This document shows, piece by piece, positions 55,569-64,000 of a stretch of 64,000 bases of DNA. The notes below the pieces were generated by a model, which did no database searches, was not told where the DNA came from, and saw only the letters and a list, made by a program, of their open reading frames with translations. The position numbers were made by a program, and so were the translations under genes. The stretch's first letter is position 1; each line of letters starts with the position of its first letter. The DNA comes from Terriglobia bacterium (GTDB lineage Bacteria; Acidobacteriota; Terriglobia; Bryobacterales; Bryobacteraceae), in assembly GCA_020073145.1 (NCBI GenBank), contig JAIQFS010000012.1:106961-170960 (forward strand), given 5' to 3'.

Positions 55569-57380
55569 TTACTTATTCTCCTCGATCACTTGCTTCAGCT
55601 CCGCGGGCAGCTCGGGAATGGGGACGCGCGAAATCTGCATTGCTCCGTCAGGCCCTTGTTTCACCATGATATTGAAGGTGCCGTACTCGGGATTCTTGTC
55701 GTGGTAATCGTCGCGGAAATGCCCGCCGCGGCTTTCTTTGCGTTCCAGCGCGGCACGGGTGATGGCTTCAGAAACGGTGAGCAGGTTGGACAAATCCAAC
55801 GCGGTGTGCCAGCCGTTGTTGAATTCGCGGTTGCCGTAGACGGCCACCTTGGCGGCGCGCTGTTTCAGAGACTCGATTTCGCGGAGCGCTAATTCCATCT
55901 CATGCTCGACGCGCACGATGCCGACGTTATGCTGCATCATTTCCTGCAATTCGTGCTGGATCTGGTACGGCCCTTCGCCGGCGGAACGCTCGAACGGAAC
56001 AAGGGCCTCGTTGGCCGTGCGATCGACCAACTGCTCGTCGACGCGGGTCGAGCCTTGCGATTTGGCAAAGAGGGCCGCGTGATGCCCGGCGCGTTTGCCG
56101 AACACCAGGAGGTCGGACAGCGAATTGCCTCCCAGGCGGTTGGCGCCGTGCAAGCCCGCCGCGCACTCCCCGGCGGCGAACAGCCCGGGCACAGTGGACA
56201 TCTGCGATTCGGCGTCCACCTTGATGCCGCCCATCATGTAGTGGGTGGTGGGGCCGACTTCCATCGGTTCCTTGGTGATGTCTATGTCGGCCAGCTGCTT
56301 GAACTGGTGATACATGCTGGGCAGCTTGCGCTTGATGTGCTCGGGGGCGTTGGGGAGCTTTTCCTTGATCCAGGCGATGTCCAGGAACACGCCCTTATGC
56401 GGGCTGCCGCGGCCGGCCTTGACTTCGCGCATGATGCAGCGGGCGACGTGATCGCGGGTGAGAAGCTCGGGCGGGCGGCGGGCGTTGCGATCGCCCTGGG
56501 TGTAGCGCCAGCCTTCTTCCTCGTTGTCGGCGGTCTGGTTGCGGTAGAGCTCGGGGATGTCGTCGAACATGAAGCGGCGGCCTTCTTTATTTTTGAGGAT
56601 GCCGCCTTCGCCGCGCACCGCCTCGGTGATGAGAATGCCCTGCACGCTGGGAGGCCAAACCATGCCGGTGGGGTGGAACTGCACGAACTCCATGTCGATG
56701 AGGGCGGCGCCGGCGTGATAAGCCAGCGATTGGCCATCGCCGGTGTACTCCCAGCTATTGCTGGTGATCTTGTAGGCGCGTCCGATACCGCCGGTGGCCA
56801 GGACGACGGCCTTGGCGGGAAACAGCAGGAAGCGTCCGCGTTCGCGGTCGTAACCGAAGGCTCCGGCCACGCGGCCGTCATCGAGGAGCAAGGTCAGCAT
56901 GGTGCATTCCATGTGCACTTCGATGCCCTGATGGATGCCGTGGTCCTGGAGGGTGCGGATCATCTCGAGGCCGGTGCGGTCGCCGACGTGAACCAGGCGC
57001 GGATAGCGGTGGCCGCCGAAGTTGCGCTGCAAGATGCGGCCTTCCTTGGTGCGGTCGAAGACAGAGCCCCAGGCTTCCAGCTCGCGGACGCAATCGGGCG
57101 CTTCCTTAGCGTGGAGTTCCGCCATGCGCCAGTTATTGACGTACTGGCCGCCGCGCATGGTATCGGAGAAGTGGACCTTCCAGTTGTCGCGCTCGTCGAC
57201 ATTGCCCATGGCGGCCGCGATGCCGCCTTCGGCCATCACGGTGTGGGCCTTGCCGAGCAGAGACTTGGTGACGAGCCCGACTGTCGCGCCGCCCGCCGAC
57301 GCCTCGATGGCCGCTCGCAGGCCGGAGCCGCCGGCGCCGATGACCAGCACGTCGTACGGATGCGTCTGATATTCGGCCAT
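55569..57380 (-). CDS. sdhA: Succinate dehydrogenase/fumarate reductase flavoprotein subunit
   Basis: Start at MAEYQTHPYDVLVIGAGGSGLRAA. The FAD-binding histidine region is KAHTVMAEGG. Also present are GECAAGLHGANRLGGNSL and ESRGGHFRDD. Confidence 0.92.
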   Translation of the reverse strand: MAEYQTHPYDVLVIGAGGSGLRAAIEASAGGATVGLVTKSLLGKAHTVMAEGGIAAAMGNVDERDNWKVHFSDTMRGGQYVNNWRMAELHAKEAPDCVRELEAWGSVFDRTKEGRILQRNFGGHRYPRLVHVGDRTGLEMIRTLQDHGIHQGIEVHMECTMLTLLLDDGRVAGAFGYDRERGRFLLFPAKAVVLATGGIGRAYKITSNSWEYTGDGQSLAYHAGAALIDMEFVQFHPTGMVWPPSVQGILITEAVRGEGGILKNKEGRRFMFDDIPELYRNQTADNEEEGWRYTQGDRNARRPPELLTRDHVARCIMREVKAGRGSPHKGVFLDIAWIKEKLPNAPEHIKRKLPSMYHQFKQLADIDITKEPMEVGPTTHYMMGGIKVDAESQMSTVPGLFAAGECAAGLHGANRLGGNSLSDLLVFGKRAGHHAALFAKSQGSTRVDEQLVDRTANEALVPFERSAGEGPYQIQHELQEMMQHNVGIVRVEHEMELALREIESLKQRAAKVAVYGNREFNNGWHTALDLSNLLTVSEAITRAALERKESRGGHFRDDYHDKNPEYGTFNIMVKQGPDGAMQISRVPIPELPAELKQVIEENK

Positions 57381-58177
57381 TACAGGATTCTCCAGTCGTG
57401 CCAGATGCCGGTGGCGCACAGCCGGATATAGAGGTCCGAGAAGCCGACCGATACCAGGCTGGTCCAGGCCCAGCGCATGTGTTTGCCGTTCAGGCAGCTC
57501 ACGCATCGATAGGACGCCAGGCGCGCCGGCCCGAGCAGGTCGAAACGCCCGCCCACCAGATGCCGCAGCGAGTGGCAGCCGAGCGCATAGCAGCTCAGGA
57601 AGATGGTATTGGCCGCGAGAATCAGCGTCCCCAAGCCGATGCCGAAGTGCACGGCACCGGTGGCGGGGTCAGTGAACCACAGAGCGTCCCACACATCGTG
57701 CGCCAGGATGAAGAGAAACCCGATGGCGACGTACAGAAAATAGCGGTGGACATTATGGAGGATCAGAGGGAAGTGGCGCTCGCCCAGATACATCTTGCGC
57801 GGCTCGCCGACGGTGCAGGACGGCGGATCGGCCCAGAAGGACTTATAGTAAGCGCCGCGATAGTAATAGCAGGTGAAGCGGAAGAGTCCGGGAAACGGCA
57901 GGATCAGGAGAGCCGGCGACCAGGGCAGCCAACCCGGGAACCAACCGGGCTTGGGTCCGAACCAGGCGTGCCCGGAACTGCCAAAGAGCTCGGGCGAGTA
58001 GAAGGGCGAAAGATACGGCCCGAAGGTATAATTCTTGCCTTGAAAGGCAGCCCAAGTCGTATAGACTACGAAAGTCGACAGCCCCAGAAAAATCAGCAGC
58101 GGCTGCAGCCACCACAAATCGCGGCGCTGTGTCTGTCCAAAACGGCGCTTTTCCCAGGCCACCTGAGCAAAAGCCAT
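57380..58177 (-). CDS. sdhC: Succinate dehydrogenase cytochrome b subunit (b558-type)
   Basis: Start at MAFAQVAWEKRRFGQTQRRDLWWLQPLLIF. It is a polytopic membrane protein with conserved His residues. A TAATG overlap joins it to sdhA. Confidence 0.7.
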   Translation of the reverse strand: MAFAQVAWEKRRFGQTQRRDLWWLQPLLIFLGLSTFVVYTTWAAFQGKNYTFGPYLSPFYSPELFGSSGHAWFGPKPGWFPGWLPWSPALLILPFPGLFRFTCYYYRGAYYKSFWADPPSCTVGEPRKMYLGERHFPLILHNVHRYFLYVAIGFLFILAHDVWDALWFTDPATGAVHFGIGLGTLILAANTIFLSCYALGCHSLRHLVGGRFDLLGPARLASYRCVSCLNGKHMRWAWTSLVSVGFSDLYIRLCATGIWHDWRIL

Positions 58178-58220
58178 GCGAGAGTCCCTCCATCCCGGCC
58201 CGTCACGGCAGGGTTCACCA

Positions 58221-59459
58221 TCATAACGATTCGCTCTGTTGTTTTTCAACAAGGCGCCGGCACTCGCGCGCGATTTCCCATTCTTCCTCGGCGTGAATGA
58301 CCAGCACGCGCACGGCGGAATCGGGCGCGGCGATGTCCGCGTCGGAGGGGTTGCGGGCGTTCCGGTCCGGGTCCAACTGCACGCCGGCGAAGGCCAGGCG
58401 GCGGCAGAGGCGCTCGCGGAGGGGCGGGCAGTTCTCGCCGATTCCTCCGGTGAAGACGAGCGCATCGGCGCCGCCCAACACCGCCAGCATGGCGCCCGCC
58501 TCCTGGCACAGGCGATGGGCGTAGAGATCGAAGGCGAGCTGGGCCCGAGCGTTGCCAGACGCCATGGCGGCGGAGATCTCGCGCATATCGCCCGACAGGC
58601 CGGAAACGCCGAGCAGGCCGGATTCGCGATTGAGGACCTGGTCGAGCCGGTCGGCGGTGTAGCCGCGGTGCCGCAGCAGGTAGATCAGGATGCCGGGATC
58701 GAGGGAACCGCTGCGCGTGCCCATCATGAGGCCTTCGAGGGGAGTGAAGCCCATAGTGGTGTCCACGCTTTTGCCGCCGCGCACGGCGGCGAGCGACCCG
58801 CCGTTGCCCAGGTGACACACCACGAGCTTCAAGGATTCCACCGGGGCCCGCAGGATTTGCGCAGCCCGTCGAGTGGCGTACTGATCGTTGATGCCGTGGA
58901 ATCCGTACCGACGAATTCCTTGATCCAGCCATTCGAGCGGGCCGGGGTACACGTAGGCGGGCGGCTCGAGGGTGGCGTGAAAGGCCGTGTCGAAGACGGC
59001 GATCTGGCGCACGCCGGAGCCGAGGATCCGGTCGACGCACTCGACGGCTTCCAGTTCGAAGCGGTTGTGGGAGGGCGCGAACTCGGCCTGCTGGGCGACG
59101 GCGGCGCGGACCTCGGGAGTGAGCGCCGTGGTCTCGCGGTAGGCCTTGCCGCCATGAACGATGCGATGGCCGACCGCATCGATCTCGCGCGGCGACCGGA
59201 TGGCGGCGGTATCGCCGGTCCACAGGGATTCGAGCACCGAAGCCAACGGATCGACCAGCGATGAAGCCGGCCGGGTGGACTCAGCTGCCGCGCCGCGAGC
59301 GGTGCGGATCCGGATCGCCGCTATCCGCGCAACGGCATTCCATTCGACGCGGGCGTCCCACAACGGTTGAGGCGCCTCCACCGGCAGCGGCCCGCCGGGA
59401 AGGTCGTGGAACCAGCATTTGAAGGTGCTCGACCCGCCGTTGAGTGCCAGGATCTTCAT
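58221..59459 (-). CDS. ackA: Acetate kinase
   Basis: 412 aa. Motifs are MKILALNGGSSTFKC, VGHRIVHGG, FDTAFH, GFHGINDQY and VCHLGNGGS. Confidence 0.9.
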   Translation of the reverse strand: MKILALNGGSSTFKCWFHDLPGGPLPVEAPQPLWDARVEWNAVARIAAIRIRTARGAAAESTRPASSLVDPLASVLESLWTGDTAAIRSPREIDAVGHRIVHGGKAYRETTALTPEVRAAVAQQAEFAPSHNRFELEAVECVDRILGSGVRQIAVFDTAFHATLEPPAYVYPGPLEWLDQGIRRYGFHGINDQYATRRAAQILRAPVESLKLVVCHLGNGGSLAAVRGGKSVDTTMGFTPLEGLMMGTRSGSLDPGILIYLLRHRGYTADRLDQVLNRESGLLGVSGLSGDMREISAAMASGNARAQLAFDLYAHRLCQEAGAMLAVLGGADALVFTGGIGENCPPLRERLCRRLAFAGVQLDPDRNARNPSDADIAAPDSAVRVLVIHAEEEWEIARECRRLVEKQQSESL

Positions 59460-59526
59460 GTATCCAGCGTATCGTCTGCTGCCGGGCCCCAGAGCCTGGA
59501 CTTACGGTACGATAGTGAGTAGGACT

Positions 59527-59811
59527 ATGAGTCGTACTATTGAGAGGCCCAGCCGGAAGGCCAAAAAGAGCTACACCCTCTCTCTCGAAGCCCTGGCGTT
59601 TCTTGAGGAGATCCGCAAAGAACGCCGGGCCAGCTCCATTTCAGCCGCCCTGGAAGACCTCATTCGGGAAGTGCGGCGGGCCCACGAGCGGGCCGCGGTG
59701 GAACGGGCGGTGGCGCACTACTACGGCTCGCGTTCGAACGAGGAGGCAGCCGAAGAAGGCCGATGGGGCGATTTCGCGCTGGGGGAATTCTCAAAACGGG
59801 GGCGCCGCTAG
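59527..59811 (+). CDS. Ribbon-helix-helix (CopG-like) antitoxin
   Basis: Start at MSRTIERPSRKAKKSYTLSLEALAFLEEIRKER. Its stop lies immediately before the toxin ATG. Confidence 0.6.
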   Translation: MSRTIERPSRKAKKSYTLSLEALAFLEEIRKERRASSISAALEDLIREVRRAHERAAVERAVAHYYGSRSNEEAAEEGRWGDFALGEFSKRGRR

Positions 59812-60180
59812 ATGCCGCTGGCCAACAAGTCTCCGCTCCGGGGACAGATCTGGTTTGTCCAGCTTGCTGTCGATCCGCCCGGCAAAGGAAGGCGCCCCGT
59901 GGTGGTGGTCTCGCTGGACGCGCGGAACCGTCATGAGCGCGCCGATACGGTGCTGGTGGTTCCGCTGACGACGAGCATTCACAAAGATGTCCCCACGCAT
60001 GTTTTCTTGCCGGCCGGCGAAACGGGACTGCCGTCCGATTCCGCGGCCCGCGCGGAGGATGTCACGGTAGTTCGCAAGCAAAGTCTGATCGAGCCCGCAG
60101 GCCGCTTGCGGCAACTCAGCGACCGGCGCGTGTGCGAACTCGCTGCCAGGGTGAGTCTTGCGATGGGCTGTATCTTCTGA
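59812..60180 (+). CDS. mazF: MazF/PemK-family endoribonuclease toxin
   Basis: 122 aa. Motifs are LRGQIWFVQLAVDPPGKGRRPVVVVSLDARN and VLVVPLTTS. Confidence 0.7.
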   Translation: MPLANKSPLRGQIWFVQLAVDPPGKGRRPVVVVSLDARNRHERADTVLVVPLTTSIHKDVPTHVFLPAGETGLPSDSAARAEDVTVVRKQSLIEPAGRLRQLSDRRVCELAARVSLAMGCIF

Positions 60181-60199
60181 CCGGCTACGCCGTCCGGCC

Positions 60200-62593
60200 C
60201 TACCCGGACCATTGCCAGTCGCGGATCTCGGGCATGTCGTCGCCGTACCGCGCGATGTAGAGCTTGTGCTCGATCAGTTTGTTGCGCAGCATCTGCTTCT
60301 GGTGCGCGGCCACGGACTGCAGGCGCGGGACGCGGTCGATGGCGTCGCCGGCCAAGTGGAAGCGGTCCAGGTCATTGAGCACGGTCATGTCGAACGGAGT
60401 GGTGGTGGTTCCTTCCTCCTTGTATCCGCGCACGTGCAGGTTCTGATGGTTGTGACGCCGGTAGGTGAGCCGGTGAATCAGCCAGGGATAGCCATGGAAC
60501 GCGAAAACCACAGGTTTGGACGTGGTGAAAATGGAATCGAAGTCGCGGTCGGAGAGGCCGTGGGGGTGCTCGGCGGCGGGCTGCAAGGTCATCAGGTCGA
60601 CCACGTTCACCACGCGGATTTTCAAATCGGGAATGGATTTGCGCAACAGGTCGACGGCCGCCAGGGTTTCGAGCGTGGGAACGTCGCCGGCACAGGCCAT
60701 GACGACGTCGGGCTCGCCGCCCTGGTCGTTGCTGGCCCATTCCCAGATGCCGATGCCGGCGGTGCAGTGCTGGACCGCGGCGTCGATATCGAGCCACTGC
60801 GGCGCGGGCTGCTTGCCGGCGACGATGACGTTGACGTAGTGGCGGCTGCGCAGGCAATGGTCGGCCACCGAGAGCAGACAGTTGGCGTCGGGGGGCAGAT
60901 AGACGCGCACCACGTCGGCCTTCTTATTCACGACGTGATCGATAAAGCCGGGGTCCTGGTGGCTGAACCCATTGTGGTCCTGCCGCCAGACGTGCGACGT
61001 GAGCAGGTAGTTCAGCGAGGCGATGGGACGCCGCCAGGGAATCGCGCCCGTAGTCTTGAGCCACTTGGCGTGCTGGTTGAACATGGAATCGATAATGTGG
61101 ATGAAAGCCTCATAGCACGAGAACAGGCCGTGCCTGCCGGTCAGCAGGTATCCTTCCAGCCATCCCTGGCAGAGGTGTTCGCTGAGCACTTCCATGACAC
61201 GGCCGTCGGGGGCGACGTGGTCGTCAGTAGGCAGGATTTCCGCGGTGGAGACCCGGCCGGTGACGTCAAAGAGCGCGTCCAGCCGGTTGGAGGCCGTTTC
61301 ATCGGGGCCAAAGACGCGAAAGTTGCGCGACTCGGCGTTCTGCTTCATCACGTCACGCAGCATCCGGCCCAGCAGGCGGGTGGCCTCCGCGCGCACCGCG
61401 CCGGGCTTCGGCACATCCACCGCGTAGGCGCGAAAATCGGGCATGCGCAGCTCCTTGAGCAGAAGGCCGCCATTGGCGTGCGGATTAGCGCCCATACGCC
61501 GCGTGCCCTTCGGAGCGAGCTCGGCCAGCTCCGGAATCAGCTTCCCTTTCTCATCGAAGAGCTGCTCAGGACGATAACTCTGCATCCACGATTCCAGGAT
61601 GCGGATGTGGTCCGGCTTGGCCGCGAAATCGGTGACCGGAACCTGGTGGGCGCGGAAGGTGCCCTCCACCGGCAGCCCGTCCACTTCCTTGGGGCCGGTC
61701 CAGCCCTTGGGCGAGCGCAGCACGATCATGGGCCAGCGGGGACGCCGCGTAAACCCATTCTCCCGGGCGTCCTCCTGGATGGTCTGAATCTCTTCCACGA
61801 CGGTTTCCAGCGCGCCCGCCATCAGTTGATGCATCGCCTGGGGCTGGTCGCCCTCGACGAAATAGGGCTGGTAGCCGTAGCCGGTGAGCAGGTCGGTCAG
61901 CTCGCCGTTCGGGATGCGCGCCAGCACCGTCGGTCCGGCAATCTTGTACCCGTTCAGGTGCAGGATGGGAATGACCGCGCCATCGCGCGCCGGGTTGAGA
62001 AATTTGTTGGAGTGCCAGCTCGCGGCCAGCGCGCCGGTCTCCGCTTCGCCATCGCCGATCACGCAGCAGGCCAGCAGGCCGGGGTTATCGAAGACCGCGC
62101 CGTAGGCGTGTACCAGCGCATAGCCGAGCTCGCCGCCCTCGTGGATGGATCCCGGGGTTTCGGGCGCGGCGTGGCTGGGAATCCCGCCCGGAAACGAAAA
62201 CTGCGTGAACAGGCGCTTCATGCCTTCGGCGTCCTGCGTGATGTTGGGATAGAACTCGCTGTACGTTCCCTCCAGCCAGGTGTTGGCCACCATGCCCGGA
62301 CCGCCGTGCCCGGGGCCGCAGATGTAGATCATATTGAGGTCGTACTTGCGGATCAGGCGATTGCAGTGGGCATAGATGAAGTTCAACCCGGGCGTCGTAC
62401 CCCAGTGGCCCAACAGCCGGGGCTTGATGTGATCGAGGCGCAGCGGCTCGGTCAGCAGTGGGTTGTCGTACAGATAGATCTGGCCCACCGAGAGGTAATT
62501 GGCGGCACGCCAGTAGGCGTCGATCCGCCGCAAATCGTCCGGCGAGAGCGGATCGGTGTGAGTTTTCATCGTGGGAGAACTTGTGATCGGCAT
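60200..62593 (-). CDS. xfp: Xylulose-5-phosphate/fructose-6-phosphate phosphoketolase
   Basis: 797 aa. Motifs are [38 protein letters not shown] and EGGELGY. The start may be the internal Met at 62569. Confidence 0.92.
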   Translation of the reverse strand: MPITSSPTMKTHTDPLSPDDLRRIDAYWRAANYLSVGQIYLYDNPLLTEPLRLDHIKPRLLGHWGTTPGLNFIYAHCNRLIRKYDLNMIYICGPGHGGPGMVANTWLEGTYSEFYPNITQDAEGMKRLFTQFSFPGGIPSHAAPETPGSIHEGGELGYALVHAYGAVFDNPGLLACCVIGDGEAETGALAASWHSNKFLNPARDGAVIPILHLNGYKIAGPTVLARIPNGELTDLLTGYGYQPYFVEGDQPQAMHQLMAGALETVVEEIQTIQEDARENGFTRRPRWPMIVLRSPKGWTGPKEVDGLPVEGTFRAHQVPVTDFAAKPDHIRILESWMQSYRPEQLFDEKGKLIPELAELAPKGTRRMGANPHANGGLLLKELRMPDFRAYAVDVPKPGAVRAEATRLLGRMLRDVMKQNAESRNFRVFGPDETASNRLDALFDVTGRVSTAEILPTDDHVAPDGRVMEVLSEHLCQGWLEGYLLTGRHGLFSCYEAFIHIIDSMFNQHAKWLKTTGAIPWRRPIASLNYLLTSHVWRQDHNGFSHQDPGFIDHVVNKKADVVRVYLPPDANCLLSVADHCLRSRHYVNVIVAGKQPAPQWLDIDAAVQHCTAGIGIWEWASNDQGGEPDVVMACAGDVPTLETLAAVDLLRKSIPDLKIRVVNVVDLMTLQPAAEHPHGLSDRDFDSIFTTSKPVVFAFHGYPWLIHRLTYRRHNHQNLHVRGYKEEGTTTTPFDMTVLNDLDRFHLAGDAIDRVPRLQSVAAHQKQMLRNKLIEHKLYIARYGDDMPEIRDWQWSG

Positions 62594-62694
62594 GCAGGCT
62601 CCACAGTTCGAATTCTAGACCCTGGCACGAAGCTCTGCCGCACGGGCGGAAGGAGAAGTGCGGGGGCGTACACTGTGCCGGCGGACGGAGCCGG

Positions 62695-63108
62695 TCAGGC
62701 GCCCGGTTTCGGGGCGATCAGATTCACTTTCACGGGCTTGGCGCCGGGCTGCGCCTTCATGACCTTGCAGATCAACTGAAGGTTGTCGGCGGGCGCAATC
62801 ACGCGGGTCAGGTTGCGTTCCGCATCGATCCCGGTCAGCACGGCGACGTTCCAGGACGGGATGTAGATTTCGAGGACGCGCACCGTCTCCAGGCCGTTGT
62901 GCACCAGGACGACCAGTTCTTCGTCCTCTTTGACGGCCTTCTGCATGGCCTGAATCTGGCCGAGAATGACGGCGCCGATGGTCTCGCCGGAGGCCGCCGC
63001 GGGCCGGGCCGTTTTCAACGATTCGGAAACCTGGGCGGCGTCGGCCGGGCGCAGGGAATCCAACAAAGCCTGCTGCGCGATCTGCTTGGTCAGGTTGACC
63101 AGCGCCAT
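62695..63108 (-). CDS. Hypothetical protein (137 aa)
   Basis: Start set at MALVNLTKQIAQQALLD. The upstream extension in the track ORF is Ala/Arg/Pro-rich and overlaps the ABC gene end. No domain recognised. Confidence 0.45.
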   Translation of the reverse strand: MALVNLTKQIAQQALLDSLRPADAAQVSESLKTARPAAASGETIGAVILGQIQAMQKAVKEDEELVVLVHNGLETVRVLEIYIPSWNVAVLTGIDAERNLTRVIAPADNLQLICKVMKAQPGAKPVKVNLIAPKPGA

Positions 63109-63154
63109 CTGTGCCAATGCTAGCACGCCGCCGGCATGCCGATTGCAGCCCGCC

Positions 63155-64000
63155 CTACGCGATGCCGCCGCGCAGGAGAGATGCCGCGGTAGGAGCGGCA
63201 TCGCGCCGCAGACGCGGACCCTGCTCGGCTTCGGGCACCTTATCGCCCTCTCCGGGCGCCAGGAACAGGTTGGCGTCCACGCCGTGCTGGCGGGTGTACA
63301 GATCGTAGTAGCGGCCGCCGAGCGCGTAGAGGGAATCGTGGGTGCCGCGCTCAACAATCCGGCCGTCTTCCACCACCAGGATCTGCTCGGCCCGCCGGAT
63401 GGTCGACAGGCGGTGGGCGATGACGAACGTGGTCCGGCCTTCCATGAGATAGGCCAGGCCCGCCTGGATGGCCGCTTCGGATTCGGAATCGAGGCTCGAC
63501 GTGGCCTCGTCCAGAATCAGGATGCGGGGATTGGCCAGAATGGCGCGCGCGATCGAAACGCGCTGCCGCTGGCCGCCGGAGAGTTTCACGCCGCGCTCAC
63601 CCACAACGGTGTCGTACTGCTTTTCGAACTTCTCGGCGAACTCATCGACGCGAGCGATGCGGCAGGCTTCCCGAATCTCGGCTTCCGAGGCGCCCGGGCG
63701 CGAGAACGCCACGTTCTCACGGATGCTGCCATCGAACAGAAAGGTGTCCTGCAAGACCACGCCGAGCTGGGTCCGGTAGGCATTCAATTTCACGGTGGAG
63801 AGATCGGCGCCGTCCACTTGAATGGTGCCCTCGGTGGGTTCGTGGAAGGCTGCAATCAGGCTGATGATGGTCGATTTTCCAGAGCCGGACGGGCCCACCA
63901 GAGCGGTAGCGGTGCCGGGGTGCGCTTCGAAGGAGACGTCGTGCAGAACGGGTTTGCCCGGATCATAGGAAAAGTTCACATGGTCGAAGGTGACCAGGCC
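63155..64000 (-). CDS. ABC exporter ATP-binding domain (C-terminal part; gene continues beyond the right edge)
   Basis: The frame is open to base 64000 (GLVTFDHVNFSYDPG). Walker A is GPSGSGKST, the signature is LSGGQRQR and Walker B is ILILDEATS. Confidence 0.88.
   Translation of the reverse strand, partial: GLVTFDHVNFSYDPGKPVLHDVSFEAHPGTATALVGPSGSGKSTIISLIAAFHEPTEGTIQVDGADLSTVKLNAYRTQLGVVLQDTFLFDGSIRENVAFSRPGASEAEIREACRIARVDEFAEKFEKQYDTVVGERGVKLSGGQRQRVSIARAILANPRILILDEATSSLDSESEAAIQAGLAYLMEGRTTFVIAHRLSTIRRAEQILVVEDGRIVERGTHDSLYALGGRYYDLYTRQHGVDANLFLAPGEGDKVPEAEQGPRLRRDAAPTAASLLRGGIA

Noticed and set aside
55902-57431. 509-aa plus-strand ORF.
   Set aside because: It lies antisense to sdhA.
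60158-62779. 873-aa plus-strand ORF, the longest non-annotated ORF in the track.
   Set aside because: It lies exactly antisense to the unmistakable phosphoketolase gene. Its composition is Gly/Arg/Ala/Val-rich with no motifs. This is a typical high-GC shadow ORF.
1-64000. Scanned for CRISPR arrays, rRNA and tRNA genes, IS elements, transposases, integrases and phage genes.
   Set aside because: I saw no spaced direct-repeat arrays, no tRNA-like T-arm or acceptor patterns, and no transposase or integrase-like ORFs. A by-eye scan can miss tRNAs or small ncRNAs. tRNAscan-SE and Rfam should be run.

Overview
High-GC bacterial chromosomal window, densely coding, with about 60 protein genes. It is very probably Acidobacteriota. 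It carries three ADOP-type duplicated orphan MacB/FtsX permeases, two of them paired with Acidobacterial-type PadR regulators, and a TIGR03435-type domain gene (family names from memory). I saw no rRNA, tRNA, CRISPR array, transposase or integrase. Because of the GC content, most long ORFs lying antisense to real genes are shadow ORFs and were rejected.

Gene content, left to right:
- PAS/GAF sensor (partial, absent from the ORF track) with a REC response regulator
- SDR and ROK glucokinase
- uppP and ftsK
- PadR/ADOP pair
- SLT-like gene
- frameshifted TIGR03435-type gene
- OMP beta-barrel with arylsulfotransferase
- OmpA lipoprotein, 91-aa protein and K-rich secreted peptide operon, divergent from a histidine kinase/LuxR regulator pair
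- SULT-like sulfotransferase
- second histidine kinase/NarL regulator pair
- pal
- ClC-CBS-TPR channel
- otsBA and a GH15 gene (trehalose)
- second K-rich peptide
- CDP-alcohol phosphatidyltransferase, GtrA and CapA cluster
- DinB, nucleoside hydrolase and GNAT
- PilZ with an AhpD-like protein
- DUF4159
- PadR with two tandem ADOPs
- VapBC
- TetR-MFP-RND-TolC efflux operon
- SDR
- fructokinase with a nonsense codon
- ackA-sdhCAB-hypothetical-histidine phosphatase
- MazEF module wedged between ackA and the phosphoketolase gene xfp
- partial ABC exporter

No clear-cut novel multi-gene system such as a defence island is evident. The observations I rate highest are:
1. A degenerate 182-bp duplication of the ftsK 3' end brackets a 4.2-kb cassette.
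2. A conserved inverted-repeat operator spans the -35 box and the start codon of both PadR genes, which look leaderless.
3. Two paralogous tiny secreted Lys/Asp-rich peptides share a GQQDPPKQ motif.
4. One ADOP permease carries an in-frame deletion of about 228 aa.
5. A heptamer microsatellite lies in a 780-bp gene-free region upstream of a SULT-like sulfotransferase.
6. The ClC and OtsA proteins have unusual domain architectures.
7. There are several decay scars: an otsA-like relic, a frameshift and a nonsense codon.
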